Shown here piece by piece: positions 40,201 to 48,262 of a stretch of 64,000 nucleotides of DNA. Both the position numbers and the translations under genes were made by a program. Source of the stretch: Syntrophorhabdaceae bacterium (GTDB taxonomy: Bacteria; Desulfobacterota; Syntrophorhabdia; Syntrophorhabdales; Syntrophorhabdaceae); the NCBI GenBank assembly GCA_963665295.1, contig OY762209.1:1440001-1504000 (forward strand), read 5' to 3'. The notes under the pieces were generated by a model. That model was not told the origin of the DNA and did no database searches. It saw nothing but the letters and a program-made list of their open reading frames with translations. How positions within the stretch are numbered: position 1 is the first letter of the stretch; each line of letters starts with the position of its first letter.

Positions 40201-40307
40201 CCTTTCCCGAAAAAAGCATTACCAACATGGCCCTCATCGTAACCCAGGTGAGCGCCACCACCTATAACACGGGGCTCGCCGAAATAGGGGTGTGCGGCAC
40301 ACCCTGA
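37233..40307 (+). CDS. Secreted PIG-L/LmbE-family deacetylase with three (PKD-like + discoidin/CBM-like) repeats
   Basis: SPHPDDD, VTNGD, LGYPD, HADH; three NAGxDQ..VTLDGSGS PKD-like modules alternating with ASSE...DYTREW...LYDR...LAEIEVCG modules. Confidence 0.9.
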   Translation: MRKKIVLSLACYMFAILLACASFAGATILVVSPHPDDDLLAASGVTRQAVEKGERVIVVYVTNGDINGAQTGYQRQAEAVQGQAFLSNAEDNLIFLGYPDAYLATLYSNYPGKKDQFKTPLGQSVTYGSRGLGRSDYHFYKFGSRAAYNLYNMVMDLTRIITDYTPDHIIAPSQFDQHADHSTTAALVGLAVTAARGKLKSYSPTVHKYGIHWDNWPEPMDPARYFTEPPGLVNTPLLWSARESIDVPSAMQSLNPQENSKYVAISAHATQGGASGWLGRFVHKDEVFWIDTTLGGTNHAPVVNAGPDQTVKQGVQVTLDGSGSKDPEGNTVKFMWTQIAGATVNLSDPTAAKPVFSTPTGLVAGDRLVFQLVASDGQAQSLRDLVTVVVQPPACNNIAPKATVMASSETPGTGQTAVKAVDGVIDGYPGDYTREWATAGQRSGAWINLTWDGPYTVNRVILYDRPGLNDQIIAGTLTFSDGTTLAVGPLNNAGSATDYIFSAKTITSLTLTVNQVGGYTLNTGLAEIEVCGLAPVISGGTASNRAPQTNAGSDQTVSQGAIVTLDGSGSKDPDGNPITFAWKQISGTTVQLSNPAAVNPTFTAPAGSSLDEKLVFELVADDGQLRSAVDSVTVTVQPPAAECSNIAGLAKIIASSESPEAGQVAPKVADGVVDGWPGDYTREWASYGQGNGAWLNLTWSGVYAVNRVILYDRPNLDDQILAGTMSFSDGTSVAVGPLNNAGSAVEYRFSDKYITSLTLAVSQVSAATLNIGLAEIEVCGVQNTGVDYPPTANAGSDQSVKQGTLVTLDASGSRDPEGKALSYAWTQTGGAAVQLSNPTAMNPTFTAPSDLPQGDRLTFQLVVNDGQLQSAADSATVTVEATPTCSNITPLAMVMASSETPEYGQTAVKAIDLVVDGSPYDYTREWVTAGQGAGAWIFLMWNKPYKVSRVTLYDRLNTNDQILGGVINFSDGTSIQVGPLNNNGEATEYAFPEKSITNMALIVTQVSATTYNTGLAEIGVCGTP

Positions 40308-40324
40308 TCGCGAATATCTTTCCC

Positions 40325-40351
40325 ACGCCCCGGGGAACGTCCCGGGGCGTC
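40325..40351. terminator. GC-rich hairpin between convergent genes
   Basis: ACGCCCCGGGGA-acg-TCCCCGGGGCGT perfect 12-bp stem; no clear U-tract. Confidence 0.45.
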
Positions 40352-40370
40352 TCCATATCATCGCCGTCAT

Positions 40371-43300
40371 TCAGGACGGCCTTCTTCCGTCGCCGTTTTT
40401 CCTTCCGAACCTCACATAGAGCGAGGGCACCACGATCATGTTGAGGGCGGTGGAACTCAGGAGCCCCCCGAGGATCACAATAGCGAGGGGAGAAAGTATT
40501 TCATTGCCCGGTTTGTGCGAGCCCAGGGCAAAAGGGACGAGGGCGAGACCGGCGGCCAGTGCCGTCATGACCACGGGCCGGAGCCGTTCCATGGACCCCT
40601 TGCATACCGCCTCTTTGATGTCCAGGCGCTCCTCTTCGAGAAGATGAAGATAATGGGACACGAGAAGAATCCCGTTTCTCGTGGCGATGCCGAAGAGGGT
40701 GATGAAACCGACGATAGAGGCGATGCTGATGACCCTGTCGGTAAAGAGGATGATAACGATCCCCCCTATGAGGGCGAGGGGCAGGTTCACCATTACGAGC
40801 ACCGATGTCCTCAAGGACCTGAACTCCATGTAAAGAATGAGGAATATGGCGAGGAGGGAGACGATGCTCAAAAGCCCTATGGTCTTCGACGCCTCCGCCT
40901 CGCTCTGGAACTGTCCCCCGTACTCGATGAAGTACCCGGGAGGGAGGACGAGATTAGCGGTGATGCGGGATTTCACGTCATCGAAGACACCCCTCAAATC
41001 TCTGCCGGAGACGTTTGCCTGGACCACCATCTTTCTCTGCACATTTTCCCTGCTTATGCTGTTGGGGCCCTTGGCGGAATAGATGTCGGCAAGGGCCGAG
41101 AGGGGCACTTTTGCCCCGCCGGGGACATCAATGAGGGTGGAGCGTACGCTCTCCACGTCCTTTTTCGCGCTGTCATCGAACTTCACGATAATATCGAAGC
41201 CCCTGTCCCCTTCCAGTGTCCTGGAGACCACCTTTCCGAACATGGCCGCCTCTACGGCCTCGGCCACCTGCACCACGGACAGGCCGTATCTGGCAAGTTC
41301 CGACCTCTTCGGCACGACGCGCAGTTGGGGGATGTCCACCTGCTGCTCCACCGACAGGTCCGCCACACCCCCGACCCGGCTCATCTCGTACCGCACGTCC
41401 TCGGCGATGGCCCTCAGCCTGAAGAGTTCCCTGCCGAATATCTTCACCGCAATGTTCCCCGTTGATCCTGAGAGCATGTGGTCGATCCTGTGACTGATGG
41501 GCTGGCCGAAGGCTATGACCGTGCCGGGGATGGAGGCCACGGATTTTCGCAGTTCCGTGAGCACGTCCTGGAGCCGCCTTCCTTTCATGTCGAGTCTCAC
41601 CTCGATCTCCGAGGCGTTGGCGGGTTTTCCGTGTTCATCGAGTTCGCCTCTGCCCGTCTTCCGGAGCGTCTGTTTTACGTTGGGATGCCGTTTCAGGGCG
41701 AGTTCTATGAGGGTGCCTATTTCAGACGACTTTTCGAGGGACGTTCCGGGCGCGGTGGCGACCAGCACGGTCAGGGACCCTTCGTTGAAGGCGGGCAGGA
41801 ACGACCTCCCTATAAAAAGAAGGGGTATGAGAGAGGCCGCAAAGACCAGGGCCGCAGAGAGGATGACGAGGTTCGGTTTCCTTACAGCGAAGTCAAGGAC
41901 CGGCCGGTACAGCGCCTTGAGGCCCGTAACGAGCCTCCCTTCACCCCCCGCATCGAGGAACCTGCCCTTGTGGAGCAGATAGGAGCACATGGCGGGCGTG
42001 ACCGTGAGGGCGACCACGAGGGAAGCGGCGATGGAGACCATGTAGGATGTGCCGAGGGGTCTCAAGAGCCGCCCTTCTATACCGCTCAGGAAGAAGAGAG
42101 GCACAAACACGACGATGATGATCAAAGTGGCGTTGATGATGGGTCCCCTGATTTCGGAGGAAGCCTCGAAGATCACCTCTCCCGTGGGAAATCTCTCATG
42201 CCCGGCTTTGAGATGGTTCTCCTTCATCCGCCTGAATACGTTTTCCACGTAGATGATGGCGTCATCCACGATTACCCCCACGGCTATGGCCATGCCTCCC
42301 AGGGTCATGGTGTTGATGGTCACATCAAAATACTTCAGCACGAGGAGGGCGAATATGAGGGAGAGGGGCATGGCGGTCATGGAGATGACCGTCGCCCTCA
42401 GGTTTCCGAGAAAGAGGAGGATTATGGCGATCACGAGGACGCCGCCCTCCACCACCACCCGGAGCACGTTGGATATGGACCTCTCTATGAAGTCCGCCTG
42501 CCTGAAGACGTCCGTATCCATCACCATTCCCCTGGGGAGCGTCTTCTCCATCTCTTTCAAGGTGGTCTGAAGCCTTTTGGTCAGTTCCACCGTATTCGTG
42601 TCGGGGTGCTTCAGTATGGCAAGGGTGACGGCGGGCTTGCCGTCCACCGAAGAATCGCCGAACCTGAATGCAGGGGCGGCCTTGACCGCGGCGAGGTCCC
42701 TTACGAGCACGGGGATGCCGTCCCGGGTCGCCACTACCGAGGCCTCTAAGTCCCCAACGGACTTCACCCTTCCAATGCCCCTTATGAGGTAGTCCCGGCT
42801 GCCCGATTTCATGACACCGGCGGAAAAGTTTTCGTTCGATCCCTTTACCGCGGTGAGGACGTCGTTCAGGGCCAGGTTAAAGGCCGCAAGCCCGCGGGGG
42901 TCGACGAGGACCTGGTACTGCTTTGTCTCGCCGCCCACATTCACCACCTGAGACACGCCGGGTATGGAGAGAAGCCTCCTTCGCACCACGAAATCGGCCG
43001 TCTCCTTTACCTCCATGAGGGGATGGCGCTCGCTTCTCAGGCCGATGTACATGATCTCGCCCATGATGGAGGAAATGGGAGCAAGGACGGGCATGGTGCC
43101 TGCGGGAAGCGCGCCTGCAACGAGTTGCAGCTTCTCGTTCACCACCTGGCGGGCCCGGTAGATATCGGTGCCCCAGGCAAACTCGACGTATATGGTGGAC
43201 ATGCCCACCGCGGAGGTGGAACGGACCCGGCGCACCCCCGTGGCCCCGTTCATGGCGCTCTCTATGGGGAAGGTGACTACCGTCTCCACCTCTTCCGGCG

Positions 43301-43469
43301 CCATCCCGTGGGCGTCCGTCATGATGGTGACTGTGGGGGCGGTGAGGTCGGGAAAGACGTCGACCTTCATGTTCATGGCCGCATACCCTCCCGCCACAAG
43401 GAGGGCGAGGGATGCCGCCACGATTATCAGCCTGTTTCTTATGCAGAACTTTGTGAGGTTATCGAGCAT
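40371..43469 (-). CDS. Heavy-metal efflux RND permease (CzcA/CusA family)
   Basis: VDVFPDL, APEEVE, NTMTLGGMAIAVGVIVDDAII.VEN, ERLRPVVMTA. Confidence 0.95.
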   Translation of the reverse strand: MLDNLTKFCIRNRLIIVAASLALLVAGGYAAMNMKVDVFPDLTAPTVTIMTDAHGMAPEEVETVVTFPIESAMNGATGVRRVRSTSAVGMSTIYVEFAWGTDIYRARQVVNEKLQLVAGALPAGTMPVLAPISSIMGEIMYIGLRSERHPLMEVKETADFVVRRRLLSIPGVSQVVNVGGETKQYQVLVDPRGLAAFNLALNDVLTAVKGSNENFSAGVMKSGSRDYLIRGIGRVKSVGDLEASVVATRDGIPVLVRDLAAVKAAPAFRFGDSSVDGKPAVTLAILKHPDTNTVELTKRLQTTLKEMEKTLPRGMVMDTDVFRQADFIERSISNVLRVVVEGGVLVIAIILLFLGNLRATVISMTAMPLSLIFALLVLKYFDVTINTMTLGGMAIAVGVIVDDAIIYVENVFRRMKENHLKAGHERFPTGEVIFEASSEIRGPIINATLIIIVVFVPLFFLSGIEGRLLRPLGTSYMVSIAASLVVALTVTPAMCSYLLHKGRFLDAGGEGRLVTGLKALYRPVLDFAVRKPNLVILSAALVFAASLIPLLFIGRSFLPAFNEGSLTVLVATAPGTSLEKSSEIGTLIELALKRHPNVKQTLRKTGRGELDEHGKPANASEIEVRLDMKGRRLQDVLTELRKSVASIPGTVIAFGQPISHRIDHMLSGSTGNIAVKIFGRELFRLRAIAEDVRYEMSRVGGVADLSVEQQVDIPQLRVVPKRSELARYGLSVVQVAEAVEAAMFGKVVSRTLEGDRGFDIIVKFDDSAKKDVESVRSTLIDVPGGAKVPLSALADIYSAKGPNSISRENVQRKMVVQANVSGRDLRGVFDDVKSRITANLVLPPGYFIEYGGQFQSEAEASKTIGLLSIVSLLAIFLILYMEFRSLRTSVLVMVNLPLALIGGIVIILFTDRVISIASIVGFITLFGIATRNGILLVSHYLHLLEEERLDIKEAVCKGSMERLRPVVMTALAAGLALVPFALGSHKPGNEILSPLAIVILGGLLSSTALNMIVVPSLYVRFGRKNGDGRRPS

Positions 43470-43485
43470 AGGGGGTCTCCTGGTA

Positions 43486-44997
43486 TCAGTGTCCGTGCCC
43501 GTCGCCCTGGGGCGCCTTCGACGACTGAGATGCAAGCCTTACGTAATAAGCGCCTTTTGTCACGACCCGCTCGCCTTCTTTCAACCCTTCCGTGACTTCA
43601 ACGAGGCCTCCGCCCCTGATGCCTGTCTTTATCTCTCTCCTCTCGAAAGAAACGCCCTCCGTCTGGACAAAGACGAAGAACTTGCCTTCGTCCTCGAGCA
43701 CGGCCTCTTCGGGGAGGGTCAATCCCTCCTTCTCGCTGCCCGTCTTTATGGACACGTCGGCGAACATGCCCGCTTTGAGGAGCCCTTTTCTGTTGTCCAC
43801 ATCGAAGATGGCCGCCACGGTCCTCGTTTTCGCGTCCACTATATCATTTATCGCTACGAGCCTGACAGGCTTGAAGGAGCCGTCCATACCGGCCACGGTA
43901 AAGGTAGCCTCACGGAGTTTCCCGAGCCTCCCCGTTTCCGTGGCGGGTATATTGGCCTTGAGCCGGAGGGTCGAGGTGTTGATGATCTTCACGAGCGCCT
44001 GTCCGACCTCCACAGCCTTCCCGTTTGAGGCAAATACCTCGACCACCGTGCCGCTCAAGGGCGATTTCACGGTTATTCCCCGGTCGGAGGTTTTGCCCTT
44101 CATGGTGTTCATTGCCTGTTCCAGGGGATCGAGGGCGGCTTTCGCGCTGTCGAGGGCGAGGTCCGCCTCGTCAACCCTCCTTTTAGCCACGGCCTTTGCC
44201 TCGTAAAGCCTCTTTGCCCGCTCCGATTCCTTTAAAGCCAGGCTGTGCCTGTTCTTCGCCTCCGCATAGGCCGAGGTCAACTGGCCTATGCCTCCCTGCT
44301 GATACACGGGCGGGTCGATCACGGCGACCACATCGCCTGCGGCCACCTTTTTCCCCACGTGAGGAAGGCTTCTCGAAACGGAGAGTATGCCCGCGAGGGG
44401 CGCCGACAGGGTAACCTCGCGGTCGGACACGGTCACAAGCTCTCCCGGTGATATAAAGGACGACGAAAGAGGCCTCCTTGCAGGAGATTCGGTCCGGAAA
44501 TCGACCATCCACTGCTGTTCCTTGGAGAAGGCGATGGCGGCCTTCGCACTGTGACCGTGATGTTCCTCCTCTTCCTTCCCCGTGTCGCCCATGACGGAGA
44601 TGTTGTCTATGCGTATCTCATCGGAGAAGGCCTGCCCCGCATAGGCGACCTTCAGTGTGTACTTGCCCTGTTTCCTGAAGGGCACTTCGGTCACGAACAT
44701 GCCCGGTCTCACGGGGGCGTCCAATTTTATCGTCAATGGTTCGCCCCCATCGGGCGTAAAGGTCAGGGTGAGGACACCCGCCTCCGGGGGCTTGAAATCC
44801 TTTAGAGCCGTGATATAGACCATAAAATCCGTCTTGCGGCCCTTCCTGGGCTCATCGTACTCGACAAGGAACTCAGCCTTTCCTGTCCAGACCGTCTGCT
44901 TCTCCGTTTCGCCCTTGTGGATATCCGCTTCCCCCGCCTTGTGGGAACATGCGCCGAGGAGCATGAGGAGCACTACCGGCAACACGAGATATTTCAT
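43486..44997 (-). CDS. RND periplasmic adaptor lipoprotein (CzcB/CusB-like)
   Basis: Lipobox LLGAC, HHGHS linker, lipoyl/alpha-hairpin core, C-terminal GHGH. Confidence 0.92.
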   Translation of the reverse strand: MKYLVLPVVLLMLLGACSHKAGEADIHKGETEKQTVWTGKAEFLVEYDEPRKGRKTDFMVYITALKDFKPPEAGVLTLTFTPDGGEPLTIKLDAPVRPGMFVTEVPFRKQGKYTLKVAYAGQAFSDEIRIDNISVMGDTGKEEEEHHGHSAKAAIAFSKEQQWMVDFRTESPARRPLSSSFISPGELVTVSDREVTLSAPLAGILSVSRSLPHVGKKVAAGDVVAVIDPPVYQQGGIGQLTSAYAEAKNRHSLALKESERAKRLYEAKAVAKRRVDEADLALDSAKAALDPLEQAMNTMKGKTSDRGITVKSPLSGTVVEVFASNGKAVEVGQALVKIINTSTLRLKANIPATETGRLGKLREATFTVAGMDGSFKPVRLVAINDIVDAKTRTVAAIFDVDNRKGLLKAGMFADVSIKTGSEKEGLTLPEEAVLEDEGKFFVFVQTEGVSFERREIKTGIRGGGLVEVTEGLKEGERVVTKGAYYVRLASQSSKAPQGDGHGH

Positions 44998-46217
44998 CTT
45001 TCACCTTCCCTCGTCAGTTTGATGCCGACGGCCCTTTCCGTCTCGAAAAGGGTTGCCCAGTATTCATAGAGGGTATTGTTGTATTCCATGAGCAGTTCCT
45101 TCTCCGAGCGGACCGTGTCGAGGAGATCGATGAGGCCCATCTCCCCTTCTTCGTAAGCAATGCGTGCAATCTTTGTGATCTCCCTGGTGGAGTCGAGCTG
45201 CCCCCTCACTTCCCCAAGCCGCGTCTGGAGGTAGGACATCCTCTCCTGGAGGATGGCGATCTCGCTTGCCGCCTGTTTTTTGAGGAACTCGTAATTGAGC
45301 TTCTGCTTATCCCGTTCCGCCGTGGCAAAAGCTATCTTCCCCTGGTTCCTGTCGAATACGGGCAGAGGGACGGCAAGGCCGAATACGAACCCGTCGAACC
45401 CGCCCGCCCACCTCTTGTAGCCCGCCTCGACCCCTATAAGCGGGAAGGCCTCACGCCGGGAGAGGGACAGGGACGCATCCGCCGCATTGACGAGGGTAGA
45501 CTGACCCTTGATATCGGCCCTCCTGTCGATCGCTTTCTCCGCGGCTTCCCTGAGTTCCGGTGGAGGGGGCCTGTATTCGAAAGCGCCGTGCAACACGAAC
45601 TCGCTGTCCGGCAGGTTCAGCATGAGGGCGAGTTTTTTCCTTTCGCCCTTCAGGTCCGTCCTGAACCCGGCCAGGGCCCTGGTGAATTTCCTCTTCTCCG
45701 AAGAGAGCCTCAGGAGTTCTCCTTCCGAAGCGTCCCCTGCCTTGACCCGGGCGGAGGTCCTCCGCTCCGATTCTTCCGCCATTTCTATGATGCCTTCCAG
45801 GGCCTTCATGTTTTCCATGATGAGGAGGTTCCTGTAATAGAGCTGCTTCATTTGAGAGACCATGCCCACCGCGCCGTACTCGAAGAAGAGGGTCTGGGCC
45901 TCTTTTCGTTTCTCGGCGGTTTCGATCCTCTTTGCCCTTTTACCGGCGAAGTCTACGGGTTGTATCACCGTATAGGTGACCTCTTTGTCGTTCTGACCGC
46001 TCGACACGCTTTCGTAGACATACCTCGCTTCAGGGTTGGGCAGGAGCCGCGAACCTACGACCTCCGCCTCGGCCTGGGTCAGGTCCTTTCTTCTCATGCG
46101 GATCTCCATGTTGTTCTCGAGCAGCATCTTTTCGGCCTCCTCCACAGTGAGGGCGAAGCCCGGGCAGGGGAGCTCGATCGCCGTAAGCAGGAGAAGAAGA
46201 ATGAATATAATGCGCAT
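44994..46217 (-). CDS. Outer-membrane efflux channel (TolC/CzcC family)
   Basis: LPNP, PLPVFDRNQG, AYEEGE motifs; first gene of the CBA operon. Confidence 0.92.
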   Translation of the reverse strand: MRIIFILLLLLTAIELPCPGFALTVEEAEKMLLENNMEIRMRRKDLTQAEAEVVGSRLLPNPEARYVYESVSSGQNDKEVTYTVIQPVDFAGKRAKRIETAEKRKEAQTLFFEYGAVGMVSQMKQLYYRNLLIMENMKALEGIIEMAEESERRTSARVKAGDASEGELLRLSSEKRKFTRALAGFRTDLKGERKKLALMLNLPDSEFVLHGAFEYRPPPPELREAAEKAIDRRADIKGQSTLVNAADASLSLSRREAFPLIGVEAGYKRWAGGFDGFVFGLAVPLPVFDRNQGKIAFATAERDKQKLNYEFLKKQAASEIAILQERMSYLQTRLGEVRGQLDSTREITKIARIAYEEGEMGLIDLLDTVRSEKELLMEYNNTLYEYWATLFETERAVGIKLTREGER

Positions 46218-46300
46218 GCGCCTTCCTCCTTGGTTGAATCGGGACAGTCGGAGCCGGTCTTTTTACAGACGCCCCGCTGTTGTGGGACTATGACGCGCTT

Positions 46301-46720
46301 CTAGGATAGAGGAGGAGAAAGGCCGGAATGGCGTAAAGAAAAGAACCCGTGAGGCTTCAGGGGAGATTCCCCGGAAACGGGAAAGACTGTTGCTGCGGTG
46401 TCGGGCATCCCCTCGTCCCCCGGGGTGATCGCGTAACAGGGGAGGGTCGGCAGCAGGTTCACATATGATTTATGGACCGCATTGTCTTCGTCTATAAGGA
46501 ATCGGACATCGTGAAGGTGATACGGCCTGCCGCTTCCTTCGAGAACCTCTTCACGCGGGTCCTCCCGGAAAAGGGCGGCTCGGCCCGCAGGCTCTGCCCC
46601 ATCACAGGGGCCTCTTCCCGCTGCCCCCGCCTCCGTGTGGCAGTGAAGGAAAGGCAGCAGCCCCGCGATCAGGAGGTAGAGGAGAAAGGGGACCACGTAT
46701 TTGCGACGATTAATACACAT
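46301..46720 (-). CDS. Small membrane-targeted His-containing leader protein (CzcI/DUF2946-like)
   Basis: N-terminal hydrophobic helix, LHCH and HLH, C-terminal HSGLSPPLS; TTGCCT-N17-TATAAT promoter ends 8 nt before the ATG. Confidence 0.6.
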   Translation of the reverse strand: MCINRRKYVVPFLLYLLIAGLLPFLHCHTEAGAAGRGPCDGAEPAGRAALFREDPREEVLEGSGRPYHLHDVRFLIDEDNAVHKSYVNLLPTLPCYAITPGDEGMPDTAATVFPVSGESPLKPHGFFSLRHSGLSPPLS

Positions 46721-46825
46721 GGTAGATGATTATAATGCGGAATCTCCGCAAAGGCAACCATACCCTGCTGCCCCGGACTTCCCCCGCTTCCTTCCGAAAG
46801 AGGAAAGGATAAAAGGGAATGCGGT

Positions 46826-47809
46826 CTAGGGGGTATTCCGGGCCTCAAAGAGGTTAAGCTTTGCCGACAGCAACTCGTCACATGCGGAATAGGGGTCCTT
46901 GGCGCCTGCGATGATGAGGTCCACGCATCTTTTGAATTCGGGACTGCCTGTTATGTGGTGCAATGCCTCCTCGATGAGCCTGCTTTTGATCATGTCCGCC
47001 AGTTCAAGGCGGGCCGCTGCTTTCTTATGACGGATCATGGTCTCGTAAGGCAAGGCCTTCCTGTTCGTGCGGTGTTTCTCGATCTCATTCAGCAGCCCGG
47101 CGGTGCCTTTGTCGGTCGCCGCCTCGGTCATAAGCACAGGCGGCTCCCAATCCTGACCGGCGGACCTCTTCCTTGCGATATGGAACATTGCCTTCAGATC
47201 GTTCAGGGTTCTTTGGGCATCGGGACGGTCTGATTTGTTGATAACGAAGATGTCCCCCGCTTCGAGGATTCCGGCCTTGATGGCCTGGATATGGTCACCC
47301 ATGCCCGGCACTACGACAACCACCGTGACATGGGCGCTTTTGACGATATCGACTTCATCCTGGCCTACCCCTACCGTCTCGACAATGATGTAGTCCTTTC
47401 CCATGGCATCCATTACATCGATCGCCGAGTGCGTGGATTGAGTGAGCCCTCCGAACTGGCCCCGCGTCGCGAGGGAACGGACAAACACGCCTTGGTCCAG
47501 GCTATGGCGCTGCATGCGGATACGGTCCCCCAATATCGCCCCTCCGCTGAAGGGGCTGGTGGGATCAACCGCGAGGACGCCCGCTGTTTTCCCGCTCTCC
47601 CTCAAATTTTGGATCATCCGGTCCACCAACGTGCTCTTGCCGACGCCGGGGGCGCCCGTGATCCCGATTACATAAGCTTTACCCGTATGCCTGTGCAGGG
47701 CCTTGAGGATTTCCCTTGTGCCCGGAGCCCCGTCGTCGATGTCACGGATCAACCTCGCCGCAGCTCTCACGTCGCCATCGACGATTCTTTCAACGATACC
47801 GTCGATCAT
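46826..47809 (-). CDS. meaB: Mutase-associated GTPase chaperone MeaB
   Basis: GITGAPGVGKST, AVDPTSPFSGGAILGDRIRM, ETVGVGQDE, NKSD. Confidence 0.95.
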   Translation of the reverse strand: MIDGIVERIVDGDVRAAARLIRDIDDGAPGTREILKALHRHTGKAYVIGITGAPGVGKSTLVDRMIQNLRESGKTAGVLAVDPTSPFSGGAILGDRIRMQRHSLDQGVFVRSLATRGQFGGLTQSTHSAIDVMDAMGKDYIIVETVGVGQDEVDIVKSAHVTVVVVVPGMGDHIQAIKAGILEAGDIFVINKSDRPDAQRTLNDLKAMFHIARKRSAGQDWEPPVLMTEAATDKGTAGLLNEIEKHRTNRKALPYETMIRHKKAAARLELADMIKSRLIEEALHHITGSPEFKRCVDLIIAGAKDPYSACDELLSAKLNLFEARNTP

Positions 47810-47812
47810 GCC

Positions 47813-48211
47813 CTATCTCTTCACGGACGAAACTATGTAGTCTACGATCGATTCCGAAGTGCTCTGAGGGGGAAAAATCCTCGATACGCCCCTTTCCCGC
47901 AAGGCCTCGGCATATTGCCTGGGGATGGCCCCCCCGCAAATCACGGGAACATCATCCAGGTCATTTTTCTTCATCAGGTCCAGCAGGATGCCTATCTGTT
48001 CGTAGTTGGAGGCGTGGCTGCTTATGCCGATCACGTCCACGCTCTCCTGGATAGCCGCGCTGACGATCATCTCGGGCGTCTGATAGATGCCGAGATATAC
48101 CACTTCCATCCCGGCGTCCATGAGAAACCTCGACACGATTTCCGCGCCCGTGAAGTGTCCGTCAAGGCCGATAACCGAGATGAGAACCTTAATTCGTTGC
48201 CTGTTGCTCAT
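47813..48211 (-). CDS. Acyl-CoA mutase small (B12-binding) subunit
   Basis: GLDGHFTGA (DxHxxG), GISS, GGAIP. Confidence 0.93.
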   Translation of the reverse strand: MSNRQRIKVLISVIGLDGHFTGAEIVSRFLMDAGMEVVYLGIYQTPEMIVSAAIQESVDVIGISSHASNYEQIGILLDLMKKNDLDDVPVICGGAIPRQYAEALRERGVSRIFPPQSTSESIVDYIVSSVKR

Positions 48212-48262
48212 GGTGATATTCCTCCTGTCTCAAGAAATGCTCTCCCTTCCCCCTTTGCGCCC

